64,000 bases of DNA from a virus, in IMG/VR virus record IMGVR_UViG_3300034683_000192, positions 32,001 through 96,000 of that record, one strand, 5' to 3'. Shown piece by piece: positions 16,662-26,968 of this stretch. How positions within the stretch are numbered: the first letter of the stretch is position 1; every line of letters starts with the position of its first letter. The notes beneath the pieces are model-generated. The model was not told where the DNA came from. It was given only the letters and a program-made list of their open reading frames with translations, and did not search any database. The position numbers and the translations under genes were made by a program.

Positions 16662-17885
16662 ATGGCCGATTCTACAAAAGCCAATTATGCCGATCAGGAA
16701 GATGCTCTTCGTCGGCAACTTGAAGCTACCATAGAAGCAGAACTCAAACTTTTCTTCGAATCGGTGCTGGAACACTCATATAAGTATTCCGCAGCCGGTT
16801 CCCACTTTGCACAATTTCATAAGGCTCTTGCCCGTATAGATAGATTTGGTAACAGAACAATAACCCAGAATCACGAGTATTCTGGTTTGGTGTTTTTTAC
16901 AAGACCGACTATCAATTTTACAGAAGCAAACTTGAGACAGCACCGAATTCTCAACATGCTGGAGACACTTGATCCCCAGTCGACTCAATTCATGATTCGT
17001 ATGCTGCTCGATAGCGATTTGTCACAAACTCCATATTTTCAAGATCTTGTCGGGAGATCTCCTCTTATCGATGGGAATTCTCCTTTCATTACTCCTCTTT
17101 CAAACTGCTGTGATACACTCGGTGGTGCACCAAACCTTACCATGGAGACGTATACCACTGAAGGTGGTTTGTTCTCTGAAGCACAGTCAATGCCAGTTGG
17201 ATCGGATAGAAGCGCAAAACCTATCGATCTGTCACTAGCATTTACTGATATTCAGGGTGGTATTTGTCATGCCATTTTGATGTACTGGTTTTTGTACATG
17301 GATCTTCTCCAGCGTGGGGAAGTTGTTCAGTACACTAGAGATTTTGAACAACGTCGTATGGGATGGACGTCATCCATTTATCGATTCATGCTCGATCCGA
17401 CGAGACAGTACATTACCAAGTGGTGTAAGTTTACAGGATGCTTTCCTACAAGTATCCCATCTGCATCAGTACTTGACTACAACTCGGCAGAAGGATTTGT
17501 AGAAGCAGCAAAAAAGATTAACGTAACGTTTAAATGCAACCATGTTGGATATCCTCAGGATCCAGTTATCTTGAAGGAGTTCAACATGCTTGTCAAGAAA
17601 TTCTGCGGGAGCATCGATACCTCAGCTTATGTGAGACTTACGACAAATCCAGAACACAACTACGTTGGGTTGCCGTACATCACGACTACACAATACGGCC
17701 CGAGATTGGATTTCTATGCTCCTAAGTACGAACTCGAAGATACTGTGATTCAGGACCTCGAACAAGCTTCTGAGAATATCGCACAAAAGAAGCTTGAATA
17801 CGAAGCACGAATCAAAGCACTTCGTGCACAGTACTCAAATCAGCAGAATCAGACTTCTTCTGACCCTAACATTGTCTACGTTTAA
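16662..17885 (+). CDS. baseplate/tail-tube initiator-like virion protein (gp88-like)
   Basis: 407 aa; GLVFFTRP and KWCKFTGCFPTSIP...VTF tube-fold pattern; precedes the 960-aa wedge-like gene. Confidence 0.65.
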   Translation: MADSTKANYADQEDALRRQLEATIEAELKLFFESVLEHSYKYSAAGSHFAQFHKALARIDRFGNRTITQNHEYSGLVFFTRPTINFTEANLRQHRILNMLETLDPQSTQFMIRMLLDSDLSQTPYFQDLVGRSPLIDGNSPFITPLSNCCDTLGGAPNLTMETYTTEGGLFSEAQSMPVGSDRSAKPIDLSLAFTDIQGGICHAILMYWFLYMDLLQRGEVVQYTRDFEQRRMGWTSSIYRFMLDPTRQYITKWCKFTGCFPTSIPSASVLDYNSAEGFVEAAKKINVTFKCNHVGYPQDPVILKEFNMLVKKFCGSIDTSAYVRLTTNPEHNYVGLPYITTTQYGPRLDFYAPKYELEDTVIQDLEQASENIAQKKLEYEARIKALRAQYSNQQNQTSSDPNIVYV

Positions 17886-17896
17886 GGAGACGATAC

Positions 17897-20779
17897 ATGT
17901 CATTGGCTGACACGAACACTCCTCTCAATATTCTCAAGAATCCGATCAATGTACAGAAACTCGTTGTTGACGACGTTCTCGATCGGTGGCAAGGTAAGCT
18001 TACCATGGTTGATCCAAACAACGTGGCAATGCACCTTATCGAAATGGCATCTACTCTTACTGCAAATTTCTCTGCTTCCGCAGAACGAGCACTTGCTGCT
18101 GGGAATAGCCTTCGAGCTCAGACGTCGGAAGATCTGGCAAAGCACATGTCAGACTACGATTACGTGGGAATGTATTCCACCCCATCGACGACGCAACTTC
18201 TTCTTACTCTCTCGAAGAATCATCTCATCACTTACGGTAAAGATTTCAATGACGTCTACAAAAAGATCGTTATCCCTAAGGACACGATCTTTGTTGTGGG
18301 TGATACGGCATTTGGAATCTACTATCCAATCGAGATAAGAATCAATAAGTCCACAGGTGCTGTTCTTGTGGTTCACGATACAGAAGAAACCAATCCTCTT
18401 CTGGAGCTCAATCAGAACATCGTGAACTTCACCGAACAGACTTTTCTCAATACGAAATTTCTTGGTATCAAGATTCCTGTCTATCAGTTCGTCCGTCAGG
18501 TACTGACTGAAGATACGATCCCTGGCCGAGGATTTGCAAAACAGTATTCTTACATTGACAAGTTCTACGCAGTCAGAATTTTTACGATTCTTAATGACAA
18601 GAAAGTAGAACTGTCACAGTCATTTGCGGTCGATACCTATGACCCAACCAAACCGACAGCGAGACTCATGGTTTATCCTGAGCAGAATAAGTTTACAGTC
18701 AACATTCCTCAAGTCTATTTCTCCAATGGACAAATAGGAAGTAAAATCATTATCGAGCTCTTCGTCACGAAAGGAGAGATCGATATGGATATCAGTACAA
18801 TCCCTCCTGAAAGTATCCGCTGTCAGTTCAATACATCGGTCGTAAATGACCCGTATTCAAAGGTACTGGACACTCACCCAGATGCTACCCTCGCTGTGGC
18901 TACGAGTCGTATCTCTGGTGGTTCTGATGGACTTACATTTGAAGAGAGACGGCAGCGGGTAGTCAATAGCGCATTCTACGCTACATCTCTTACTACCCCC
19001 ATGGATCTTCAGGCATTCTTTGAAGATTCAGGATTCCGTGCAGTTAAGTACAAGGATGATCTCACCAATCTTATCTACTTCGTATATCGTGCGCTTGAAG
19101 ACGATACGAATACGATTGTTCCTGCTACCACAGGACAGATCAAGTTGGTGGAATCTACTCCAACTACTGTATCCAGCATTAAGAAATATCTCGATGGATT
19201 GATCACGATCCTTCCGACCACGCTCTATCGATATTCGTCCAGCGATCAAGCATGTGCTCCTGTGACTGATACCGATATGACTCTTCTTGCACAAATGACC
19301 AAAAAAGAATTGGTCAGTGAATTCAACTCGACGGAGTACATGAGATCGCCATTTCACATTCGTCTCATTCAAGACGGACGATACTCGAAAGCGAGTTCGT
19401 ATAACTTGATGAATCCGTATGTGGAAGATATCGTATTTGAAAAAGAAAACTCGAATATTCTCGCGCAGATGGTTACTGGTGCTGCCACCATTCATCATCA
19501 GAATAATGGTTCTGGTGGGTATCGTGTACAGTTTCTGGTAAACAAATCGCAGGACCTTCTTCAAATTCCTGAAGATCAATTGTACGTGTACCTCTATACT
19601 GAATCCTCGGATGGAATGCTCGTTGGACTCAGACTCAACTATATCGGAATGCTTGGTGAGGCATACCTCTACGATGGAGTGATCGAAACAGATTACTACA
19701 TCTCAAGAGATCACCTGATCAATGCAACATCCCTTACTGACGGTGTAACTGAATGGGAACATCTCATCAGTCTTAAGGGTAAGTTCCATCTGGTATTCAT
19801 GGTCAACAAAGACTATTTCTCTGGAGTGTATACGGAACCATCCATGTATACTGGTGTTCCGCAGAAACTCCAGTCGAAGTATGCTGTCATGATTCGTCAG
19901 TCGTGTACGATCGAACTTGGTCACGCACTTGACGATGTAGTCTATAACGACACAGAACTTTCGTGGACTGGTAAAGACTATGCCAGATGGTTGGAGAATG
20001 TCTACATGACGTATCCGACTGATGTGTATCAGACAGACGAGAATGGAATTCCTGTTCTTGTTCCTGATGCAGAAGGTGTACCTCAACTGGTCAAACTGCA
20101 CGATGCTGGAGATGTCATTTACGATGACTATAACCAGCCAAGAATTCTCTACGCTGAAGGATCCGTCAGATACGATCAGGAAGGAAAACCTATCATCATC
20201 TCGGATCGAGTAAAGCAGTACTACATCAATGCACTCATGGTTGATGCAAGGCTGTATCTTAGTGAACATCCCACACAAAAGACGTACCGAGAAAAGCTGA
20301 CCAAAGTACTTGAGTCTTACTTTACTACGGTACGAACTGCAATCGATAAACTTCTCGAACGTGACTTCATGTATTTCCGACCACTCAGGACGATGGGTAA
20401 TGCCAAGTTCTATATCGGTGATGGCGCTGTGATTAACATGGCGCTCAACATGAAGTTCAAGTTCAAGTGTCACGTAGCTGGATCTATTGTTGCAGATACA
20501 GCAATGCAACAAGTGATCAAAGAAGCGATCATTGCTATCGTTGAACCTCTCATCAAGGTATCGCCGATATCTTTGACCGACATTGCAAATCAGGTTAAAG
20601 CAAAAATCGATTCGATCGAATCGATAGATGTTCTCGGGATCAACGATACCGTGGATCTTCAGACCATCTCGATCGATGACAATAGCGTACAGCCGTCGAT
20701 TTCGCAGGAACTCTATCTGACTGAGTCAGGTACTCTTGCGGTACAAAAGGCTGTCGATATTGAGTTCGTTTCGATTTAG
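17897..20779 (+). CDS. baseplate wedge-like virion protein (gp87-like)
   Basis: 960 aa; DPNN, RAQTSEDLAKHMS and ISGGSDGLTFEERRQRVV motifs typical of T4 gp6/baseplate-J-like wedge proteins. Confidence 0.72.
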   Translation: MSLADTNTPLNILKNPINVQKLVVDDVLDRWQGKLTMVDPNNVAMHLIEMASTLTANFSASAERALAAGNSLRAQTSEDLAKHMSDYDYVGMYSTPSTTQLLLTLSKNHLITYGKDFNDVYKKIVIPKDTIFVVGDTAFGIYYPIEIRINKSTGAVLVVHDTEETNPLLELNQNIVNFTEQTFLNTKFLGIKIPVYQFVRQVLTEDTIPGRGFAKQYSYIDKFYAVRIFTILNDKKVELSQSFAVDTYDPTKPTARLMVYPEQNKFTVNIPQVYFSNGQIGSKIIIELFVTKGEIDMDISTIPPESIRCQFNTSVVNDPYSKVLDTHPDATLAVATSRISGGSDGLTFEERRQRVVNSAFYATSLTTPMDLQAFFEDSGFRAVKYKDDLTNLIYFVYRALEDDTNTIVPATTGQIKLVESTPTTVSSIKKYLDGLITILPTTLYRYSSSDQACAPVTDTDMTLLAQMTKKELVSEFNSTEYMRSPFHIRLIQDGRYSKASSYNLMNPYVEDIVFEKENSNILAQMVTGAATIHHQNNGSGGYRVQFLVNKSQDLLQIPEDQLYVYLYTESSDGMLVGLRLNYIGMLGEAYLYDGVIETDYYISRDHLINATSLTDGVTEWEHLISLKGKFHLVFMVNKDYFSGVYTEPSMYTGVPQKLQSKYAVMIRQSCTIELGHALDDVVYNDTELSWTGKDYARWLENVYMTYPTDVYQTDENGIPVLVPDAEGVPQLVKLHDAGDVIYDDYNQPRILYAEGSVRYDQEGKPIIISDRVKQYYINALMVDARLYLSEHPTQKTYREKLTKVLESYFTTVRTAIDKLLERDFMYFRPLRTMGNAKFYIGDGAVINMALNMKFKFKCHVAGSIVADTAMQQVIKEAIIAIVEPLIKVSPISLTDIANQVKAKIDSIESIDVLGINDTVDLQTISIDDNSVQPSISQELYLTESGTLAVQKAVDIEFVSI

Positions 20780-20807
20780 ACAAAAAGAAATCGTACAGTG
20801 AAGATAG

Positions 20808-20839
20808 CTGGATGGGCCCCTTTGCGGGGGCCCATCCAG
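20808..20839. terminator. bidirectional hairpin, TTTGCG loop
   Basis: CTGGATGGGCCCC/GGGGCCCATCCAG, between convergent genes. Confidence 0.8.
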
Positions 20840-21139
20840 TCAATTGTATCCTATATCCCTTGGGTGGATAGTCAGACACAATTCGATCTTGAGATCGAAA
20901 ATCCGATCAAGGATCTTCTTATCTTCAGTGAGAGTTGTCGTAATCCCATTTGCCTCGAGCATCAGAATTTCCCGTTCATCGGGATTATCTGGATTGATCT
21001 TGGCAATGGATACACAAGGATCATCTCCTTTGAAGAAGATGAGTCTACCTTCGAGGACGATGTCGTCCTCGATTTGGTGTAGATGACATTCTGCGAAGAC
21101 GCCATCAAAGAATCGTTCTTTTCTGATGTAAGTCGTCAT
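20840..21139 (-). CDS. hypothetical protein
   Basis: 99 aa; ATGA overlap with the upstream gene. Confidence 0.7.
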   Translation of the reverse strand: MTTYIRKERFFDGVFAECHLHQIEDDIVLEGRLIFFKGDDPCVSIAKINPDNPDEREILMLEANGITTTLTEDKKILDRIFDLKIELCLTIHPRDIGYN

Positions 21140-21486
21140 ACATGTACCTCGTCACACGCATGGGATTCCTCCCGATGCGTGGTAGTAATGATGTTCTTGA
21201 AGTACAGGATCAGCTTCTTTGTCTTTGTATGAAAGTGTTCGATCCTGTCGATCAGGTCGACGTCCTTCGTATAGAAGGACATTCGCTCGTTGTACTGCGA
21301 CTTCTCAGCTACAACACGTCGAGCGATTGCTGACATTAACTCAGTGTACGTAACGTTGCACTGAACACTTTGATCATTCCCGTAAGGGAACACGATACGG
21401 CACTCGAGTACCGTATCATCCACTGCAGACATCTGTCGAACGACCACCTCGTAGAGGTCATTCTTGATGAATTCGTATTTGAACAT
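21136..21486 (-). CDS. hypothetical protein (early island)
   Basis: 116 aa; AGGAGG SD; TACATTAC promoter variant upstream. Confidence 0.75.
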   Translation of the reverse strand: MFKYEFIKNDLYEVVVRQMSAVDDTVLECRIVFPYGNDQSVQCNVTYTELMSAIARRVVAEKSQYNERMSFYTKDVDLIDRIEHFHTKTKKLILYFKNIITTTHREESHACDEVHV

Positions 21487-21526
21487 TTCGATGACCTCCT
21501 TTCAATTGGTCGTTATGTTCAAATAC

Positions 21527-21534
21527 GTAATGTA
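21527..21534 (-). promoter_or_regulatory. early promoter variant TACATTAC
   Basis: One mismatch; same position relative to its gene. Confidence 0.6.
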
Positions 21535-21562
21535 TACTCCATTTAGAACGAATAACATAAAT

Positions 21563-21592
21563 CTAGATGGGTACCCGAAGGTACCCATCTAG
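21563..21592. terminator. hairpin, 13-bp stem
   Basis: CTAGATGGGTACC CGAA GGTACCCATCTAG. Confidence 0.75.
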
Positions 21593-21603
21593 TGTGTGGT
21601 AAC

Positions 21604-23166
21604 TTATTTGCAGCGAACGAGAAACACCTGCGAGAGGTAGTTCGAGAGAAGGTCGGACATGACCGTAGCGTGTACGGTATTGAAGACATTCTCACCTGCA
21701 GCTTCGGTCGAAGACAACTTGGAAATCACTTCTGCTCCCATACGGTAGTAGATAGTGGATACCAAGGAATTCTTCCAGAAGGTGCCCAGATAGAACGAGT
21801 AGATCGCATCTTCCACGTTGCTTTGATCGTTCCTTGCAAGGGACTCCACAGCACGTTTGATTTGATCCACTGCGTGTCTCTGGAACACAGTACGATCCAT
21901 CTGATCAGGAATCGATTCCGGAGTTTCCAGAGTTTCTTTCACGAAGTTCTTCAGAACAGATTCGGCTGCTTCACGTGTACATCTCTGTTTGGTGGCAAGC
22001 AGTTGCGTATTGACTTCAGTCATCAGCGTACTGATCTGTTCACGATCCGAAGGAATCGAAATCAGAACTTCCTTGGTAGGAATACCGACAGGACTGATGT
22101 CACCACGTCCGACTCGATGATACAGGATGTCTTGTTCATTCTTGTTGTGATGCAGCCGGATGTAGTTGGTGATATCTGCAAGTGTACCACCCTTCTCTTC
22201 GAATGCTGCGAACTGATCGGCATTGATCATGCTGCATCCGATAATCAGAGAGAGCTTGTGCTTTTCTCTTGCAAGCTCGATGATACATGCAGCCATCAGG
22301 TATGCATCTTCAAGCTTCGTGAGATTGCGATCAATGACTTCTTGTGCATTGTCCATGACATTGAACGAGAAGTTGGCGACGCACTTCTTGAACTTCGGGT
22401 ATGCATCAATATAACCGAGAGCTGCCATGATGGTAGCTTCGTCGACTTTACCTGAACGAATCCCGTTGTTGAACATGTCCCTGGTAAGCATGTGATATGC
22501 TTGAGGATGCAGAAGTGCGGTGATGAACTTTTGTGCATCGGAAAATTCTGGTTGAACTTTCGTGCACTGCTCCTTGAGTTCATCGATGAGTCTGGTGATC
22601 GACTCTTCAGAGATTTCCGGTTCTTCGGTGGTCAGTACTTTGTCCACCAGAAAACGGAAATTGCCGAGATTCACCTGATCGATATTCAGGTTATATTTCT
22701 TCGAGAAAGAACCCAGGTGTTCTCCAAGTTCTTTTGCCATGGGAAGTGCCTTCAGCATCACGTATGAGGGCTGAACCGGCTTCATCTCCCCTTCGAGATT
22801 GTAGAATCCGACGATCTTCGACATCATCGAATCCACGGTAGCGATGACATTTTCGGTGAGAGTGGACACAGTGTCAGCGACAGGGCCACTCAACTTCTCG
22901 AATGCTGTCTGGAATGTATCTGCCATGGCAAGGCCATAATCCTTCAGACGCGAAAGATCGGCTTCACCTTCTGGGGTATTGTTGAAATAGTTTTCAAGTG
23001 CGTCGATGACGAGGTTGTTGAGATCTTCCTCTCCAATGTTCGGAGGAATCGAGAGAGTCAGACGTTCTTCAATACGTCTGGCGATGATGCCCAGATCAGT
23101 GTCCGGACGAAATCTGACGTCTTTGTTGAGCCACGCGTGGGCCTTAAGTTCTTCGAGTGAGTACAT
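21604..23166 (-). CDS. phiKZ-like virion structural protein
   Basis: 520 aa, helical; MYSLE| motif at the N-terminus; late TATG upstream of the operon. Confidence 0.6.
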   Translation of the reverse strand: MYSLEELKAHAWLNKDVRFRPDTDLGIIARRIEERLTLSIPPNIGEEDLNNLVIDALENYFNNTPEGEADLSRLKDYGLAMADTFQTAFEKLSGPVADTVSTLTENVIATVDSMMSKIVGFYNLEGEMKPVQPSYVMLKALPMAKELGEHLGSFSKKYNLNIDQVNLGNFRFLVDKVLTTEEPEISEESITRLIDELKEQCTKVQPEFSDAQKFITALLHPQAYHMLTRDMFNNGIRSGKVDEATIMAALGYIDAYPKFKKCVANFSFNVMDNAQEVIDRNLTKLEDAYLMAACIIELAREKHKLSLIIGCSMINADQFAAFEEKGGTLADITNYIRLHHNKNEQDILYHRVGRGDISPVGIPTKEVLISIPSDREQISTLMTEVNTQLLATKQRCTREAAESVLKNFVKETLETPESIPDQMDRTVFQRHAVDQIKRAVESLARNDQSNVEDAIYSFYLGTFWKNSLVSTIYYRMGAEVISKLSSTEAAGENVFNTVHATVMSDLLSNYLSQVFLVRCK

Positions 23167-23173
23167 AGTTCAT

Positions 23174-23347
23174 CTACTCCACGCCAGTGGCATTGCGGTT
23201 GATATCCTCACCAATGATGTTGGTGAGTGTCGCAGGATCGACCTGTCGGTTGGTGGCGGGAGATTCGATGGCAGTCTTCATCACAACGTAAACAAGAGCG
23301 TTGGTGATGATCCCGCCTGCAGTCTGAACGACTTTCTGCTGGGACAT
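23174..23347 (-). CDS. small protein MSQQKVVQTAGGIITNALVYVVMKTAIESPATNRQVDPATLTNIIGEDINRNATGVE (not in ORF track)
   Basis: GAGAGGT SD, phage-like codons, stop 7 nt before the next start. Confidence 0.7.
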   Translation of the reverse strand: MSQQKVVQTAGGIITNALVYVVMKTAIESPATNRQVDPATLTNIIGEDINRNATGVE

Positions 23348-23397
23348 GATTTACCTCTCTAATGTGTTGGAGATTCACAACCTCTATAGCATCACGA

Positions 23398-23408
23398 CAT
23401 AATGTATG
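23398..23408. promoter_or_regulatory. back-to-back late TATG motifs (CATAATGTATG) at a divergent junction
   Basis: Between two divergent structural operons. Confidence 0.45.
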
Positions 23409-23464
23409 TAGGTGTTGTAACAATCCTATGTGTCTGTTTATTTTACCGGCAAAAGGAGAACCCC

Positions 23465-24358
23465 ATGGTTGGCTTCAGTGTGAAACTTCTTCAGACAGAC
23501 GGAAGCGAAGATTTCGCTAATCTGTATGAAGAACTGAAGTACGATCTCCAAATAACTTCTGCAGGGACGGAAGGGTTCGGAGATGACGTACTTACGGTAG
23601 CTTCCGCCAGTCTGTCCTACATTTCTGAGAAACTCGGAAAGTTGTCAGTCAAACTGGTACACTCTCTTCGGAATTCCATGGAACTCATTGTTCTGAGGTA
23701 TTCCTCCATCGTGTTTCGGTGGCAAAAAAGAATCAGCGCAAATCTTTCCAAGATCAACAACGATCGTTTCAGTGAAAGAAAGGCATCGATTGTTGACAAA
23801 GAGCAACTCCTTCTTCGTATCTCTGCTGTACAAAAACTTCACCACGTTCTCGATAACGTCGAACTTGTGTGTGAAGCACCAGTGAAATCCAATTCGGTCG
23901 ATTGGCGTACACCAGAATTCATGCAGGCGTATGACGCCATGATGAAGATTGGTTTCGATGCCAACCGATTCGATCTCGTGAAGAAAGCTTCCGCCGTCTA
24001 CGATGAAGCTCGTACTAAAGGTACCCTTGATGCACATGGGTATACTGTATCGGATATCGAGGAACTCATCGAACTGATCAAACCTCTTGCGCATTATGCT
24101 CAATCAAATCAGGCAAAAGCGCTTGCAAAGAGATTTGTCGATTACTCTGACAAGCTCGTGAAGTATGAAACGTCTCTTCGTGAACAAACTGATCTCGATG
24201 ACTTTGAGCGGCAAGAGAGACTCAGTGTACTGAACATTCGGATAGCCAGACTTTGGTGGCTGTCACACTTCATCAAAGCCGCTAACGTTCTGGCAACGGA
24301 TGTCGTTAAAGATGTCCTCACTATCTGCAAGATCGCAGAACAGTGCATCGAAGCTTAA
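23465..24358 (+). CDS. internal head protein paralog
   Basis: Start reassigned to MVGFSV (AAGGAG SD); GTE|G site; TLDAHGY motif. Confidence 0.72.
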   Translation: MVGFSVKLLQTDGSEDFANLYEELKYDLQITSAGTEGFGDDVLTVASASLSYISEKLGKLSVKLVHSLRNSMELIVLRYSSIVFRWQKRISANLSKINNDRFSERKASIVDKEQLLLRISAVQKLHHVLDNVELVCEAPVKSNSVDWRTPEFMQAYDAMMKIGFDANRFDLVKKASAVYDEARTKGTLDAHGYTVSDIEELIELIKPLAHYAQSNQAKALAKRFVDYSDKLVKYETSLREQTDLDDFERQERLSVLNIRIARLWWLSHFIKAANVLATDVVKDVLTICKIAEQCIEA

Positions 24359-24379
24359 CTTCACGAAGAGGAAATACAA

Positions 24380-26272
24380 ATGCTCACTTACGACGAACTT
24401 CAGCTCTCCATGCTGGTCGCACGATTCGAAGAAGCGTTGATCAATTCAGAGGAATCGGATCAAACACTGCTCGATGAAATTTCTGCACTTGGTACAGAAA
24501 GTCTCGATGGTGAAACTCTGCCAGCTAAGGTACAGCAATTTGTCGAATCCAAGATTCGTGCCATTCTTGGTACGGAACATGTAGTATCTCAAGCTGCAGC
24601 TATCGCAACGAAGCAAGGAAATCGATTGATTTCCAAAGTAAAGGATTTGTCTGGGATTTCTATCGACAAAGAAAAATTCATGAGCATGTCCGTGACGAAT
24701 GTTATTCCTTACGAATATCTTCGTAGACATCCCCAAATGTTCACAGACATTTCTTTCATGCTCAGAAATATCGGTACTTTGGTTAATGCGCCAATCGAAA
24801 AGAGCGCACCTCTCGGTGCTCCATTGGTGGCATTGATCAAGAAGATTGAATCTGCTGGATATGTGTATCGTAATCCTGGTGTGATCAACTCATATCTGGT
24901 ACACCATTCTGTATTTGATCCAATTCCTGCTGCGGATACCAAAAAGGATAAATACAGTTGGAAAACAGAAACGATCAAGAATCTTGGATATACTCCAGAG
25001 AGAGTTCGGGAACTTGCAAGTACTCTGACGAATAACAATCGTCCTGGGTACTTCCAAACAATATGGACTGCACTCAAAAGTAATTTGTACAGCACGACTA
25101 TTCTCAAGAATCTCATTCTTAAACCCAGTGGCGACGAAGTCAATCGGGTATATGGAATACATGTCCGTACCCATCGAATTGGCGTGATCAAAGCAATCTC
25201 GCTTTATCACCACTATATTCAGGCGGCTTTAGATATTGCCATGATCGATCGGTTGGTTCGATGCATGATAAATTCAATGCAATCTGGTCAGGAACGACTG
25301 TACTTCATGTCTATTGATCCGAACAAATTGCTTCTTGATGCTTCCGTCACGGACAACATCGATGAAGCTATCGAGATCGATGCAGAAGAAACTCCTATCG
25401 TCACTGACGAAATCGCATCATACACTGAAGCAGAATCTGCCGTTGAACAATTCAAGATTGATGCGCAGAAAAAGCTTACCTTCAATTATCCGACTGAAGG
25501 TGTCAAAAATGTGGCGCTCGAATCTCTTCGCATGGATGAGATGCGTACCAACAAAGCCATCGCCAAGAAGATGCTGTCACTGTTCGAGAAGCGAATCAAG
25601 AAGAATGAACATCTCTTGAAGTGTCTCGAAAACACCAGCATTCTCGTTGGTCGCGAACTTCGTAAGGTGAGCACCACTTTGCGTAAGCAAGATCTCGACA
25701 ATATTGTCATGCGGAATATTCCGAAGTACGAAGACATCCATCGTAGGATTGCATTCTACAACGGTATTCGTCAAGACTTCACGACGTCCATCGCAGAACT
25801 GTATCGTCCGGTTCTTCATGAGAAGGATTATGGTAAGGGAATCGAGAACTACACGAACCTTGCGATGATCTCCGGATTCGAGATGTTCGATGCTGAAACA
25901 TACTTCTCTTCAAAGCCAGGCGAAGTATTTGCGTCGAATGACGCCACCTATCGTGGAAGTCTCTCAGATGCTGGTTACACAGTGGCTGAAGTCCTGAGAC
26001 TCGCGAAAGCTGTTGACAGCATGCAAAGAGTTCTGACTTCTCCGCTTCCTGTCATGAATGGAAACATTCCTGTCACGGAATCGATGATCGAAGAAGCTGT
26101 GACTCTTCGCAACGCTGAAGACAAGGTGGACCGCGTAACCGCGTGCAATGTGCGTCGTACGAGATATGGGATGCTCTCGAGGATCAGAAGTGAACTTCTC
26201 CTCGAATCTGTCCTTTCTGATACGTACACCACGTACAGACTGCTGAAGGCGCTCAATAGAGCGAAAAAATAA
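24380..26272 (+). CDS. tandem two-module internal head protein (possible polyprotein)
   Basis: Two propeptide + module units: GTE|S...TIKNLGY, then an internal acidic stretch, PTE|G and ALE|S...SLSDAGY. Confidence 0.72.
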   Translation: MLTYDELQLSMLVARFEEALINSEESDQTLLDEISALGTESLDGETLPAKVQQFVESKIRAILGTEHVVSQAAAIATKQGNRLISKVKDLSGISIDKEKFMSMSVTNVIPYEYLRRHPQMFTDISFMLRNIGTLVNAPIEKSAPLGAPLVALIKKIESAGYVYRNPGVINSYLVHHSVFDPIPAADTKKDKYSWKTETIKNLGYTPERVRELASTLTNNNRPGYFQTIWTALKSNLYSTTILKNLILKPSGDEVNRVYGIHVRTHRIGVIKAISLYHHYIQAALDIAMIDRLVRCMINSMQSGQERLYFMSIDPNKLLLDASVTDNIDEAIEIDAEETPIVTDEIASYTEAESAVEQFKIDAQKKLTFNYPTEGVKNVALESLRMDEMRTNKAIAKKMLSLFEKRIKKNEHLLKCLENTSILVGRELRKVSTTLRKQDLDNIVMRNIPKYEDIHRRIAFYNGIRQDFTTSIAELYRPVLHEKDYGKGIENYTNLAMISGFEMFDAETYFSSKPGEVFASNDATYRGSLSDAGYTVAEVLRLAKAVDSMQRVLTSPLPVMNGNIPVTESMIEEAVTLRNAEDKVDRVTACNVRRTRYGMLSRIRSELLLESVLSDTYTTYRLLKALNRAKK

Positions 26273-26297
26273 AGTTCGCGTTGCACCGAACCACCCA

Positions 26298-26331
26298 GAT
26301 GAGAGGAGAGCCCTAGGGCTCTCCTCTCATC
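26298..26331. terminator. perfect 34-bp palindrome
   Basis: GATGAGAGGAGAGCCCT|AGGGCTCTCCTCTCATC, between convergent genes. Confidence 0.8.
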
Positions 26332-26344
26332 CAGTAGCGCTGTA

Positions 26345-26965
26345 TCAGAAGTCTCCTTTATCGAACTCGAAAGGATCGTTGTTGTTGGCGTAGTGGTTCA
26401 TGATCTCAAGGACACTAGCCTGCGTCCATCGGATATGGTCATCGACGAACGGCGCGATACCCCCAAGTTTGCGAAACTTGTCCAGTACCTTCCAGGGTTC
26501 CGGATGTTCTGTTTCTCCGGAAAGAATGGTGATGGTACCAGACTCAAGTTCTTCCAGGCAGAAGCTCATCTCGGAATCCAGTATCCATGGACTGTGGAGG
26601 ATCTTGAAGATGAACTTTTCGAGTGGTACACCAGCAAGACACGACGTCGCGTAATCGATGAGTTGCTGGATTCCCGCGACTGATGCTGGAATGGGGATGA
26701 CTTCGATTTTCTTGTTTTTCGTTCCTTCCTTACACCAGACGTGCATGAGTTTGGCGGTCACGTGATCGTCTTTCTGTTCCGCGTCCATACGAATGCGATG
26801 TTCCGCACTCGTATACCAGTTGAATGTGCACCGGTATACGTCATCGTCCTTGATCGCAGCGAGGACACTGGTAGCGGCTTTCGGCGAGAATATGATTCGA
26901 GTCTCCTCGTTGGGATCGAAGTTCTTCGGGTCGAGTTCTTCGTCGGTCAGTTGTCTCAGTTGCAC
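26345..26965 (-). CDS. divergent CYTH-like (triphosphate tunnel) protein
   Basis: RIR, KKIEVIPIP, LEKFIFKI...WILD, ETE and DDHIRWTQASVL follow the order of CYTH elements. Confidence 0.4.
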   Translation of the reverse strand: MQLRQLTDEELDPKNFDPNEETRIIFSPKAATSVLAAIKDDDVYRCTFNWYTSAEHRIRMDAEQKDDHVTAKLMHVWCKEGTKNKKIEVIPIPASVAGIQQLIDYATSCLAGVPLEKFIFKILHSPWILDSEMSFCLEELESGTITILSGETEHPEPWKVLDKFRKLGGIAPFVDDHIRWTQASVLEIMNHYANNNDPFEFDKGDF

Positions 26966-26968
26966 GAG

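Noticed and set aside
21592-22455. 287-aa plus-strand ORF
   Set aside because: Antisense shadow of the 520-aa virion gene
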